Source: Auanema rhodensis (lineage: Eukaryota > Animalia > Nematoda). Taken from it: 64,000 nucleotides of DNA. The translations under genes were made by a program, and so were the position numbers. Positions within the stretch are counted from its first letter, which is position 1; every line of letters starts with the position of its first letter. The notes beneath the pieces were generated by a model. The model did no database searches, was not told the origin of the DNA, and worked only from the letters and a program-made list of their open reading frames with translations. Location of the stretch: assembly GCA_964057225.1 (NCBI GenBank), contig OZ059898.1:3720001-3784000 (forward strand), given 5' to 3'. This document shows, piece by piece, positions 10,001 to 23,400 of this stretch.

Positions 10001-13000
10001 TTTTTAAGCTGCGTCGATCTCTGTTATCAGATTTGCGCTAGCTTGAAAATGCACCGAGATATCAAATGATATAGGTTCACACTTATATCCTCGATTTTCA
10101 CCCTGAAGAATTAATTTTTTCGTTGAATAACAATGTCCATCGTCTTTGTCTTGGAAAAAGGAATGTAAAAACATCTACTTTTTGCTAAATTATCTGGAAA
10201 TTTTTCGGGAAAATTTTTGTCAAAATGTTTTTGGAAGCAATTTTGAGTGTACATGGAAACTCAACATACAGTAATGCATCATTTTTCAAACGATCATAAC
10301 TAATTTTTGTATTGAGCTTTTCTTAATGTAGTATAGTGCATTCGATGCGGATTTTTAAGCTGCGTCGATCTCTGTTATCAGATTTGGGCTAGCTTGAAAA
10401 TGCACCGAGATATCAAATGATATAGGTTCACACTTATATCCTCGATTTTCACCCTGAAGAATTAATTTTTTCGTTGAATAACAATGTCCATCGTCTTTGT
10501 CTTGAAAAAAGGAATGTAAAAACATCTACTTTTTGCTAAATTATCTGGAAATTTTTCGGGAAAATTTTTGTCAAAATGTTTTTGGAACCAATTTTGAGTG
10601 TACATGGAAACTCAACATACAGTAATGCATCATTTTTCAAACGATCATAACTAATTTTTGTATTGAGCTTTTCTCAGTGTAGTATAGTGCATTCGATGCG
10701 AATTTTTAAGCTGCGTCGATCTCTGTTATCAGATTTGCGCTAGCTTGAAAATGCACCGAGATATCAAATGATATAGGTTCACACTTATATCCTCGATTTT
10801 CACCCTGAAGAATTAATTTTTTCGTTGAATAACAATGTCCATCGTCTTTGTCTTGGAAAAAGGAATCTAAAAACATCTACTTTTTGTGAAATTATTCGGA
10901 AATTTTTCGGGAAAATTTTTGTCAAAATGTTTTTGGAAGCAATTTTGAGTGTACATGGAAACTCTTTTTCAACTCAACATACAGTAATGCATCATTTTTC
11001 AAACGATCATAACTAATTTTTGTATTGAGCTTTTCTTAATGTAGTATAGTGCATTCGATGCGGATTTTTAAGCTGCGTCGATCTGTGTTATTAGATTTGG
11101 GCTAGCTCGAAAATGCACCGAGATATCAACTGATATAGGTTCACACTTATATCCTCGATTTTCACCCTGAAGAATTAATTTTTTCGTTGAATAACAATGT
11201 CCATCGTCTTTGTCTTGGAAAAAGGAATCTAAAAACATCTACTTTTTGTGAAATTATTCGGAAATTTTTCGGGAAAATTTTTGTCAAAATGTTTTTGGAA
11301 CCAATTTTGAGTGTACATGGAAACTCAACATACAGTAATGCATCATTTTTCAAACGATCATAACTAATTTTTGTATTGAGCTTTTCTTAATGTAGTATAG
11401 TGCATTCGATGCGGATTTTTAAGCTGCGTCGATCTGTGTTATCAGATTTGGGCTAGCTTGAAAATGCACCGAGATATCAAATGATATAGGTTCACACTTA
11501 TATCCTCGATTTTCACCCTGAAGAATTAATTTTTTCGTTGAATAACAATGTCCATCGTCTTTGTCTTGGAAAAAGGAATGTAAAAACATCTACTTTTTGC
11601 TAAATTATCTGGAAATTTTTCGGGAAAATTTTTGTCAAAATGTTTTTGGAAGCAATTTTGAGTGTACATGGAAACTCAACATACAGTAATGCATCATTTT
11701 TCAAACGATCATAACTAATTTTTGTATTGAGCTATTCTCAGTGTAGTATAGTGCATTCGATGCGGATTTTTAAGCTGCGTCGATCTCTGTTATCAGATTT
11801 GCGCTAGCTTGAAAATGCACCGAGATATCAAATGATATAGGTTCACACTTATATCCTCGATTTTCACCGTGAAGAATTTATTTTTTCGTTGAATAACAAT
11901 GTCCATCGTCTTTGTCTTAAAAAAAGGAATGTAAAAACATCTACTTTTTGCTAAATTATCTGGAAATTTTTCGGGAAAAGTTTTGTCAAAATGTTTTTGG
12001 AAGCAATTTTGAGTGTACATGGAAACTCAACATACAGTAATGCATCATTTTTCAAACGATCATAACTAATTTTTGTATTGAGCTTTTCTCAGTGTAGTAT
12101 AGTGCATTCGATGCGGATTTTTAAGCTGCGTCGATCTGTGTTATCAGATTTGGGCTAGCTTGAAAATGCACCGAGATATCAAATGATATAGGTTCACACT
12201 TATATCCTCGATTTTCACCGTGAAGAATTTATTTTTTCGTTGAATAACAATGTCCATCGTCTTTGTCTTGGAAAAAGGAATGTAAAAACATCTACTTTTT
12301 GCTAAATTATCTGGAAATTTTTCGGGAAAATTTTTGTCAAAATGTTTTTGGAAGCAATTTTGAGTGTACATGGAAACTCAACATACAGTAATGCATCATT
12401 TTTCAAACGATCATAACTAATTTTTGTATTGAGCTATTCTCAGTGTAGTATAGTGCATTCGATGCGGATTTTTAAGCTGCGTCGATCTCTGTTATCAGAT
12501 TTGCGCTAGCTTGAAAATGCACCGAGATATCAAATGATATAGGTTCACACTTATATCCTCGATTTTCACCCTGAAGAATTAATTTTTTCGTTGAATAACA
12601 ATGTCCATCGTCTTTGTCTTGGAAAAAGGAATGTAAAAACATCTACTTTTTGCTAAATTATCTGGAAATTTTTCGGGAAAATTTTTGTCAAAATGTTTTT
12701 GGAAGCAATTTTGAGTGTACATGGAAACTCAACATACAGTAATGCATCATTTTTCAAACGATCATAACTAATTTTTGTATTGAGCTATTCTCAGTGTAGT
12801 ATAGTGCATTCGATGCGGATTTTTAAGCTGCGTCGATCTCTGTTATCAGATTTGCGCTAGCTTGAAAATGCACCGAGATATCAAATGATATAGGTTCACA
12901 CTTATATCCTCGATTTTCACCCTGAAGAATTAATTTTTTCGTTGAATAACAATGTCCATCGTCTTTGTCTTGGAAAAAGGAATGTAAAAACATCTACTTT

Positions 13001-16000
13001 TTGCTAAATTATCTGGAAATTTTTCGGGAAAATTTTTGTCAAAATGTTTTTGGAAGCAATTTTGAGTGTACATGGAAACTCAACATACAGTAATGCATCA
13101 TTTTTCAAACGATCATAACTAATTTTTGTATTGAGCTATTCTCAGTGTAGTATAGTGCATTCGATGCGGATTTTTAAGCTGCGTCGATCTCTGTTATCAG
13201 ATTTGCGCTAGCTTGAAAATGCACCGAGATATCAAATGATATAGGTTCACACTTATATCCTCGATTTTCACCGTGAAGAATTTATTTTTTCGTTGAATAA
13301 CAATGTCCATCGTCTTTGTCTTGGAAAAAGGAATGTAAAAACATCTACTTTTTGCTAAATTATCTGGAAATTTTTCGGGAAAATTTTTGTCAAAATGTTT
13401 TTGGAAGCAATTTTGAGTGTACATGGAAACTCAACATACAGTAATGCATCATTTTTCAAACGATCATAACTAATTTTTGTATTGAGCTTTTCTCAGTGTA
13501 GTATAGTGCATTCGATGCGGATTTTTAAGCTGCGTCGATCTGTGTTATTAGATTTGGGCTAGCTCGAAAATGCACCGAGATATCAACTGATATAGGTTCA
13601 CACTTATATCCTCGATTTTCACCCTGAAGAATTAATTTTTTCGTTGAATAACAATGTCCATCGTCTTGTCTTGAAAAAAGGAATGTAAAAACATCTACTT
13701 TTTGCTAAATTATCTGGAAATTTTTCGGGAAAATTTTTGTCAAAATGTTTTTGGAACCAATTTTGAGTGTACATGGAAACTCAACATACAGTAATGCATC
13801 ATTTTTCAAACGATCATAACTAATTTTTGTATTGAGCTTTTCTCAGTGTAGTATAGTGCATTCGATGCGGATTTTTAAGCTGCGTCGATCTGTGTTATCA
13901 GATTTGGGCTAGCTTGAAAATGCACCGAGATATCAAATGATATAGGTTCACACTTATATCCTCGATTTTCACCCTGAAGAATTAATTTTTTCGTTGAATA
14001 ACAATGTCCATCGTCTTTGTCTTGAAAAAAGGAATGTAAAAACATCTACTTTTTGCTAAATTATCTGGAAATTTTTCGGGAAAATTTTTGTCAAAATGTT
14101 TTTGGAACCAATTTTGAGTGTACATGGAAACTCAACATACAGTAATGCATCATTTTTCAAACGATCATAACTAATTTTTGTATTGAGCTTTTCTCAATGT
14201 AGTATAGTGCATTCGATGCGGATTTTTAAGCTGCGTCGATCTGTGTTATCAGATTTGCGCTAGCTTGAAAATGCACCGAGATATCAAATGATATAGGTTC
14301 ACACTTATATCCTCGATTTTCACCCTGAAGAATTAATTTTTTCGTTGAATAACAATGTCCATCGTCTTTGTCTTGAAAAAAGGAATGTAAAAACATCTAC
14401 TTTTTGCTAAATTATCTGGAAATTTTTCGGGAAAATTTTTGTCAAAATGTTTTTGGAACCAATTTTGAGTGTACATGGAAACTCAACATACAGTAATGCA
14501 TCATTTTTCAAACGATCATAACTAATTTTTGTATTGAGCTTTTCTTAATGTAGTATAGTGCATTCGATGCGGATTTTTAAGCTGCGTCGATCTGTGTTAT
14601 CAGATTTGCGCTAGCTTGAAAATGCACCGAGATATCAAATGATATAGGTTCACACTTATATCCTCGATTTTCACCGTGAAGAATTTATTTTTTCGTTGAA
14701 TAACAATGTCCATCGTCTTTGTCTCAAAAAAAGGAATCTAAAAACATCTACTTTTTGCTAAATTATCTGGAAATTTTTCGGGAAAATTTTTGTCAAAATG
14801 TTTTTGGAACCAATTTTGAGTGTACATGGAAACTCAACATACAGTAATGCATCATTTTTCAAACGATCATAACTAATTTTTGTATTGAGCTTTTCTTAAT
14901 GTAGTATAGTGCATTCGATGCGGATTTTTAAGCTGCGTCGATCTGTGTTATCAGATTTGCGCTAGCTTGAAAATGCACCGAGATATCAAATGATATAGGT
15001 TCACACTTATATCCTCGATTTTCACCCTGAAGAATTAGTTTTTTCGTTGAATAACAATGTCCATCGTCTTTGTCTTGAAAAAAGGAATGTAAAAACATCT
15101 ACTTTTTGCTAAATTATCTGGAAATTTTTCGGGAAAATTTTTGTCAAAATGTTTTTGGAACCAATTTTGAGTGTACATGGAAACTCAACATACAGTAATG
15201 CATCATTTTTCAAACGATCATAACTAATTTTTGTATTGAGCTTTTCTCAATGTAGTATAGTGCATTCGATGCGGATTTTTAAGCTGCGTCGATCTGTGTG
15301 ATCAGATTTGCGCTAGCTTAAAAATGCACCGAGATATCAAATGATATAGGTTCACACTTATATCCTCGATTTTCACCCTGAAGAATTAATTTTTTCGTTG
15401 AATAACAATGTCCATCGTCTTTGTCTTGAAAAAAGGAATGTAAAAACATCTACTTTTTGCTAAATTATCTGGAAATTTTTCGGGAAAATTTTTGTCAAAA
15501 TGTTTTTGGAACCAATTTTGAGTGTACATGGAAACTCAACATACAGTAATGCATCATTTTTCAAACGATCATAACTAATTTTTGTATTGAGCTTTTCTCA
15601 ATGTAGTATAGTGCATTCGATGCGGATTTTTAAGCTGCGTCGATCTGTGTTATCAGATTTGCGCTAGCTTGAAAATGCACCGAGATATCAAATGATATAG
15701 GTTCACACTTATATCCTCGATTTTCACCCTGAAGAATTAATTTTTTCGTTGAATAACAATGTCCATCGTCTTTGTCTTGAAAAAAGGAATGTAAAAACAT
15801 CTACTTTTTGCTAAATTATCTGGAAATTTTTCGGGAAAATTTTTGTCAAAATGTTTTTGGAACCAATTTTGAGTGTACATGGAAACTCAACATACAGTAA
15901 TGCATCATTTTTCAAACGATCATAACTAATTTTTGTATTGAGCTTTTCTTAATGTAGTATAGTGCATTCGATGCGGATTTTTAAGCTGCGTCGATCTCTG

Positions 16001-18750
16001 TTATCAGATTTGCGCTAGCTTGAAAATGCACCGAGATATCAAATGATATAGGTTCACACTTATATCCTCGATTTTCACCGTGAAGAATTAGTTTTTTCGT
16101 TGAATAACAATGTCCATCGTCTTTGTCTTGGAAAAAGGAATGTAAAAACATCTACTTTTTGCTAAATTATCTGGAAATTTTTCGGGAAAATTTTTGTCAA
16201 AATGTTTTTGGAACCAATTTTGAGTGTACATGGAAACTCAACATACAGTAATGCATCATTTTTCAAACGATCATAACTAATTTTTGTATTGAGCTTTTCT
16301 CAGTGTAGTATAGTGCATTCGATGCGGATTTTTAAGCTGCGTCGATCTGTGTTATTAGATTTGGGCTAGCTCGAAAATGCACCGAGATATCAAATGATAT
16401 AGGTTCACACTTATATCCTCGATTTTCACCCTGAAGAATTTATTTTTTCGTTGAATAACAATGTCCATCGTCTTTGTCTTGAAAAAAGGAATGTAAAAAC
16501 ATCTACTTTTTATAAAATTATTTGGAAATTTTTCGGGAAAATTTTTGTCAAAATGTTTTTGGAACCAATTTTGAGTGTACATGGAAACTCAACATACAGT
16601 AATGCATCATTTTTCAAACGATCATAACTAATTTTTGTATTGAGCTTTTCTCAGTGTAGTATAGTGCATTCGATGCGGATTTTTAAGCTGCGTCGATCTG
16701 TGTTATCAGATTTGGGCTAGCTTGAAAATGCACCGAGATATCAAATGATATAGGTTCACACTTATATCCTCGATTTTCACCCTGAAGAATTAATTTTTTC
16801 GTTGAATAACAATGTCCATCGTCTTTGTCTTGAAAAAAGGAATGTAAAAACATCTACTTTTTGCTAAATTATCTGGAAATTTTTCGGGAAAATTTTTGTC
16901 AAAATGTTTTTGGAACCAATTTTGAGTGTACATGGAAACTCAACATACAGTAATGCATCATTTTTCAAACGATCATAACTAATTTTTGTATTGAGCTTTT
17001 CTCAATGTAGTATAGTGCATTCGATGCGGATTTTTAAGCTGCGTCGATCTGTGTTATCAGATTTGCGCTAGCTTGAAAATGCACCGAGATATCAAATGAT
17101 ATAGGTTCACACTTATATCCTCGATTTTCACCCTGAAGAATTAATTTTTTCGTTGAATAACAATGTCCATCGTCTTTGTCTTGAAAAAAGGAATGTAAAA
17201 ACATCTACTTTTTGCTAAATTATCTGGAAATTTTTCGGGAAAATTTTTGTCAAAATGTTTTTGGAACCAATTTTGAGTGTACATGGAAACTCAACATACA
17301 GTAATGCATCATTTTTCAAACGATCATAACTAATTTTTGTATTGAGCTTTTCTTAATGTAGTATAGTGCATTCGATGCGGATTTTTAAGCTGCGTCGATC
17401 TCTGTTATCAGATTTGCGCTAGCTTGAAAATGCACCGAGATATCAAATGATATAGGTTCACACTTATATCCTCGATTTTCACCCTGAAGAATTAATTTTT
17501 TCGTTGAATAACAATGTCCATCGTCTTTGTCTTGAAAAAAGGAATGTAAAAACATCTACTTTTTGCTAAATTATCTGGAAATTTTTCGGGAAAATTTTTG
17601 TCAAAATGTTTTTGGAACCAATTTTGAGTGTACATGGAAACTCAACATACAGTAATGCATCATTTTTCAAACGATCATAACTAATTTTTGTATTGAGCTT
17701 TTCTCAGTGTAGTATAGTGCATTCGATGCGGATTTTTAAGCTGCGTCGATTTGTGTTATTAGATTTGGGCTAGCTCGAAAATGCACCGAGATATCAACTG
17801 ATATAGGTTTACACTTATATCCTCGATTTTCACCCTGAAGAATTAATTTTTTCGTTGAATAACAATGTCCATCGTCTTTGTCTTGAAAAAAGGAATGTAA
17901 AAACATCTACTTTTTGCTAAATTATCTGGAAATTTTCCGGGAAAATTTTTGTCAAAATGTTTTTGGAACCAATTTTGAGTGTACATGGAAACTCAACATA
18001 CAGTAATGCATCATTTTTCAAACGATCATAACTAATTTTTGTATTGAGCTTTTCTTAATGTAGTATAGTGCATTCGATGCGGATTTTTAAGCTGCGTCGA
18101 TCTCTGTTATCAGATTTGCGCTAGCTTGAAAATGCACCGAGATATCAAATGATATAGGTTCACACTTATATCCTCGATTTTCACCCTGAAGAATTAATTT
18201 TTTCGTTGAATAACAATGTCCATCGTCTTTGTCTTGAAAAAAGGAATGTAAAAACATCTACTTTTTGCTAAATTATCTGGAAATTTTTCGGGAAAATTTT
18301 TGTCAAAATGTTTTCGGAACCAATTTTGAGTGTACATGGAAACTCAACATACAGTAATGCATCATTTTTCAAACGATCATAACTAATTTTTGTATTGAGC
18401 TTTTCTCAGTGTAGTATAGTGCATTCGATGCGGATTTTTAAGCTGCGTCGATCTGTGTTATTAGATTTGGGCTAGCTCGAAAATGCACCGAGATATCAAA
18501 TGATATAGGTTCACACTTATATCCTCGATTTTCACCCTGAAGAATTAATTTTTTCGTTGAATAACAATGTCCATCGTCTTTGTCTTGAAAAAAGGAATGT
18601 AAAAACATCTACTTTTTGCTAAATTATCTGGAAATTTTTCGGGAAAATTTTTGTCAAAATGTTTTTGGAACCAATTTTGAGTGTACATGGAAACTCAACA
18701 TACAGTAATGCATCATTTTTCAAACGATCATAACTAATTTTTGTATTGAG
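4100..18750 (+). repeat. Variant domain B: almost all short monomers with GGAATGTAAAA and TGCTAAATTATCTGG
   Basis: Haplotype first seen near 4205 and dominant to about 18620. Only two long monomers occur (starts 8131 and 10950), and 23 consecutive short monomers span 11312-19383. Confidence 0.85.
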
Positions 18751-20447
18751 CTTTTCTCAGTGTAGTATAGTGCATTCGATGCGGATTTTTAAGCTGCGTC
18801 GATTTGTGTTATTAGATTTGGGCTAGCTCGAAAATGCACCGAGATATCAACTGATATAGGTTTACACTTATATCCTCGATTTTCACCCTGAAGAATTAAT
18901 TTTTTCGTTGAATAACAATGTCCATCGTCTTTGTCTTGAAAAAAGGAATGTAAAAACATCTACTTTTTGTGAAATTATTCGGAAATTTTTCGGGAAAATT
19001 TTTGCCAAAATGTTTTTGGAACCAATTTTGAGTGTACATGGAAACTCAACATACAGTAATGCATCATTTTTCAAACGATCATAACTAATTTTTGTATTGA
19101 GTTTTTCTTAATGTAGTATAGTGCATTCGATGCGGATTTTCAAGTTGCGTCGATCTGTGTTATCAGATTTGCGCTAGCTTGAAAATGCACCGAGATATCA
19201 ACTGATATAGGTTTACACTTATATCCTCGATTTTCACCCTGAAGAATTAATTTTTTCGTTGAATAACAATGTCCATCGTCTTTGTCTTGAAAAAAGGAAT
19301 CTAAAAACATCTACTTTTTGTGAAATTATTCGGAAATTTTTCGGAAAAATTTTTGTCAAAATGTTTTTGGAAGCAATTTTGAGTGTACATGGAAACTCTT
19401 TTTCAACTCAACATACAGTAATGCATCATTTTTCAAACGATCATAACTAATTTTTGTATTGAGCTTTTCTCAATGTAGTATAGTGCATTCGATGCGGATT
19501 TTTAAGCTGCGTCGATCTGTGTTATCAGATTTGCGCTAGCTTGAAAATGCACCGAGATATCAAATGATATAGGTTCACACTTATATCCTCGATTTTCACC
19601 CTGAAGAATTAATTTTTTCGTTGAATAACAATGTCCATCGTCTTTGTCTTGAAAAAAGGAATGTAAAAACATCTACTTTTTGTGAAATTATTCGGAAATT
19701 TTTCGGAAAAATTTTTGTCAAAATGTTTTTGGAAGCAATTTTGAGTGTACATGGAAACTCAACATACAGTAATGCATCATTTTTCAAACGATCATAACTA
19801 ATTTTTGTATTGAGCTTTTCTCAGTGTAGTATAGTGCATTCGATGCGGATTTTTAAGCTGCGTCGATTTGTGTTATTAGATTTGGGCTAGCTCGAAAATG
19901 CACCGAGATATCAACTGATATAGGTTTACACTTATATCCTCGATTTTCACCCTGAAGAATTAATTTTTTCGTTGAATAACAATGTCCATCGTCTTTGTCT
20001 TGAAAAAAGGAATGTAAAAACATCTACTTTTTGTGAAATTATTCGGAAATTTTTCGGGAAAATTTTTGCCAAAATGTTTTTGGAACCAATTTTGAGTGTA
20101 CATGGAAACTCAACATACAGTAATGCATCATTTTTCAAACGATCATAACTAATTTTTGTATTGAGTTTTTCTTAATGTAGTATAGTGCATTCGATGCGGA
20201 TTTTCAAGTTGCGTCGATCTGTGTTATCAGATTTGCGCTAGCTTGAAAATGCACCGAGATATCAACTGATATAGGTTTACACTTATATCCTCGATTTTCA
20301 CCCTGAAGAATTAATTTTTTCGTTGAATAACAATGTCCATCGTCTTTGTCTTGAAAAAAGGAATCTAAAAACATCTACTTTTTGTGAAATTATTCGGAAA
20401 TTTTTCGGAAAAATTTTTGTCAAAATGTTTTTGGAAGCAATTTTGAG

Positions 20448-23400
20448 TGTACATGGAAACTCTTTTTCAACTCAACATACAGTAATGCATCATTTTTCAA
20501 ACGATCATAACTAATTTTTGTATTGAGCTTTTCTCAATGTAGTATAGTGCATTCGATGCGGATTTTTAAGCTGCGTCGATCTGTGTTATCAGATTTGCGC
20601 TAGCTTGAAAATGCACCGAGATATCAAATGATATAGGTTCACACTTATATCCTCGATTTTCACCCTGAAGAATTAATTTTTTCGTTGAATAACAATGTCC
20701 ATCGTCTTTGTCTTGAAAAAAGGAATGTAAAAACATCTACTTTTTGTGAAATTATTCGGAAATTTTTCGGAAAAATTTTTGTCAAAATGTTTTTGGAAGC
20801 AATTTTGAGTGTACATGGAAACTCTTTTTCAACTCAACATACAGTAATGCATCATTTTTCAAACGATCATAACTAATTTTTGTATTGAGCTTTTCTCAAT
20901 GTAGTATAGTGCATTCGATGCGGATTTTTAAGCTGCGTCGATCTGTGTTATCAGATTTGCGCTAGCTTGAAAATGCACCGAGATATCAAATGATATAGGT
21001 TCACACTTATATCCTCGATTTTCACCCTGAAGAATTAATTTTTTCGTTGAATAACAATGTCCATCGTCTTTGTCTTGAAAAAAGGAATGTAAAAACATCT
21101 ACTTTTTGTGAAATTATTCGGAAATTTTTCGGAAAAATTTTTGTCAAAATGTTTTTGGAAGCAATTTTGAGTGTACATGGAAACTCTTTTTCAACTCAAC
21201 ATACAGTAATGCATCATTTTTCAAACGATCATAACTAATTTTTGTATTGAGCTTTTCTCAATGTAGTATAGTGCATTCGATGCGGATTTTTAAGCTGCGT
21301 CGATCTGTGTTATCAGATTTGCGCTAGCTTGAAAATGCACCGAGATATCAAATGATATAGGTTCACACTTATATCCTCGATTTTCACCCTGAAGAATTAA
21401 TTTTTTCGTTGAATAACAATGTCCATCGTCTTTGTCTTGAAAAAAGGAATGTAAAAACATCTACTTTTTGCTAAATTATCTGGAAATTTTTCGGGAAAAT
21501 TTTTGTCAAAATGTTTTTGGAAGCAATTTTGAGTGTACATGGAAACTCTTTTTCAACTCAACATACAGTAATGCATCATTTTTCAAACAATCATAACTAA
21601 TTTTTGTATTGAGCTTTTCTCAATGTAATATAGTGCATTCGATGCGGATTTTTAAGCTGCGTCGATCTGTGTTATTAGATTTGGGCTAGCTTGAAAATGC
21701 ACCGAGATATCAACTGATATAGGTTCACACTTATATCCTCGATTTTCACCCTGAAGAATTAATTTTTTCGTTGAATAACATTGTCCATCGTCTTTGCCTT
21801 GAAAAAAGGAATCTAAAAACATCTACTTTTTATAAAATTATTTGGAAATTTTTCGGGAAAATTTTTGTCAAAATGTTTTTGGAACCAATTTTGAGTGTAC
21901 ATGGAAACTCTTTTTCAACTCAACATACAGTAATGCATCATTTTTCAAACGATCATAACTAATTTTTGTATTGAGCTTTTCTCAATGTAATATAGTGCAT
22001 TCGATGCGGATTTTTAAGCTGCGTCGATCTGTGTTATTAGATTTGGGCTAGCTTGAAAATGCACCGAGATATCAACTGATATAGGTTCACACTTATATCC
22101 TCGATTTTCACCCTGAAGAATTAATTTTTTCGTTGAATAACATTGTCCATCGTCTTTGCCTTGAAAAAAGGAATCTAAAAACATCTACTTTTTATAAAAT
22201 TATTTGGAAATTTTTCGGGAAAATTTTTGTCAAAATGTTTTTGGAACCAATTTTGAGTGTACATGGAAACTCTTTTTCAACTCAACATACAGTAATGCAT
22301 CATTTTTCAAACGATCATAACTAATTTTTGTATTGAGCTTTTCTCAATGTAGTATAGTGCATTCGATGCGGATTTTTAAGCTGCGTCGATCTGTGTTATC
22401 AGATTTGCGCTAGCTTGAAAATGCACCGAGATATCAAATGATATAGGTTCACACTTATATCCTCGATTTTCACCCTGAAGAATTAATTTTTTCGTTGAAT
22501 AACAATGTCCATCGTCTTTGTCTTGAAAAAAGGAATCTAAAAACATCTACTTTATGTGAAATTATTTGGAAATTTTTCGAGAAAATTTTTGTCAAAATGT
22601 TTTTGGAAGCAATTTTGAGTGTACATGGAAACTCTTTTTCAACTCAACATACAGTAATGCATCATTTTTCAAACGATCATAACTAATTTTTGTATTGAGC
22701 TTTTCTCAATGTAGTATAGTGCATTCGATGCGGATTTTTAAGCTGCGTCGATCTGTGTTATCAGATTTGCGCTAGCTTGAAAATGCACCGAGATATCAAA
22801 TGATATAGGTTCACACTTATATCCTCGATTTTCACCCTGAAGAATTAATTTTTTCGTTGAATAACAATGTCCATCGTCTTTGTCTTGGAAAAAGGAATCT
22901 AAAAACATCTACTTTTTGTGAAATTATTCGGAAATTTTTCGGAAAAATTTTTGTCAAAATGTTTTTGGAAGCAATTTTGAGTGTACATGGAAACTCTTTT
23001 TCAACTCAACATACAGTAATGCATCATTTTTCAAACGATCATAACTAATTTTTGTATTGAGCTTTTCTCAATGTAATATAGTGCATTCGATGCGGATTTT
23101 TAAGCTGCGTCGATCTGTGTTATTAGATTTGGGCTAGCTTGAAAATGCACCGAGATATCAACTGATATAGGTTCACACTTATATCCTCGATTTTCACCCT
23201 GAAGAATTAATTTTTTCGTTGAATAACATTGTCCATCGTCTTTGCCTTGAAAAAAGGAATCTAAAAACATCTACTTTTTATAAAATTATTTGGAAATTTT
23301 TCGGGAAAATTTTTGTCAAAATGTTTTTGGAACCAATTTTGAGTGTACATGGAAACTCTTTTTCAACTCAACATACAGTAATGCATCATTTTTCAAACGA

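Noticed and set aside
13660-13672. Singleton 1-bp deletion (CGTCTTGTC) and other private SNPs
   Set aside because: Single occurrences cannot be distinguished from sequencing or consensus error.
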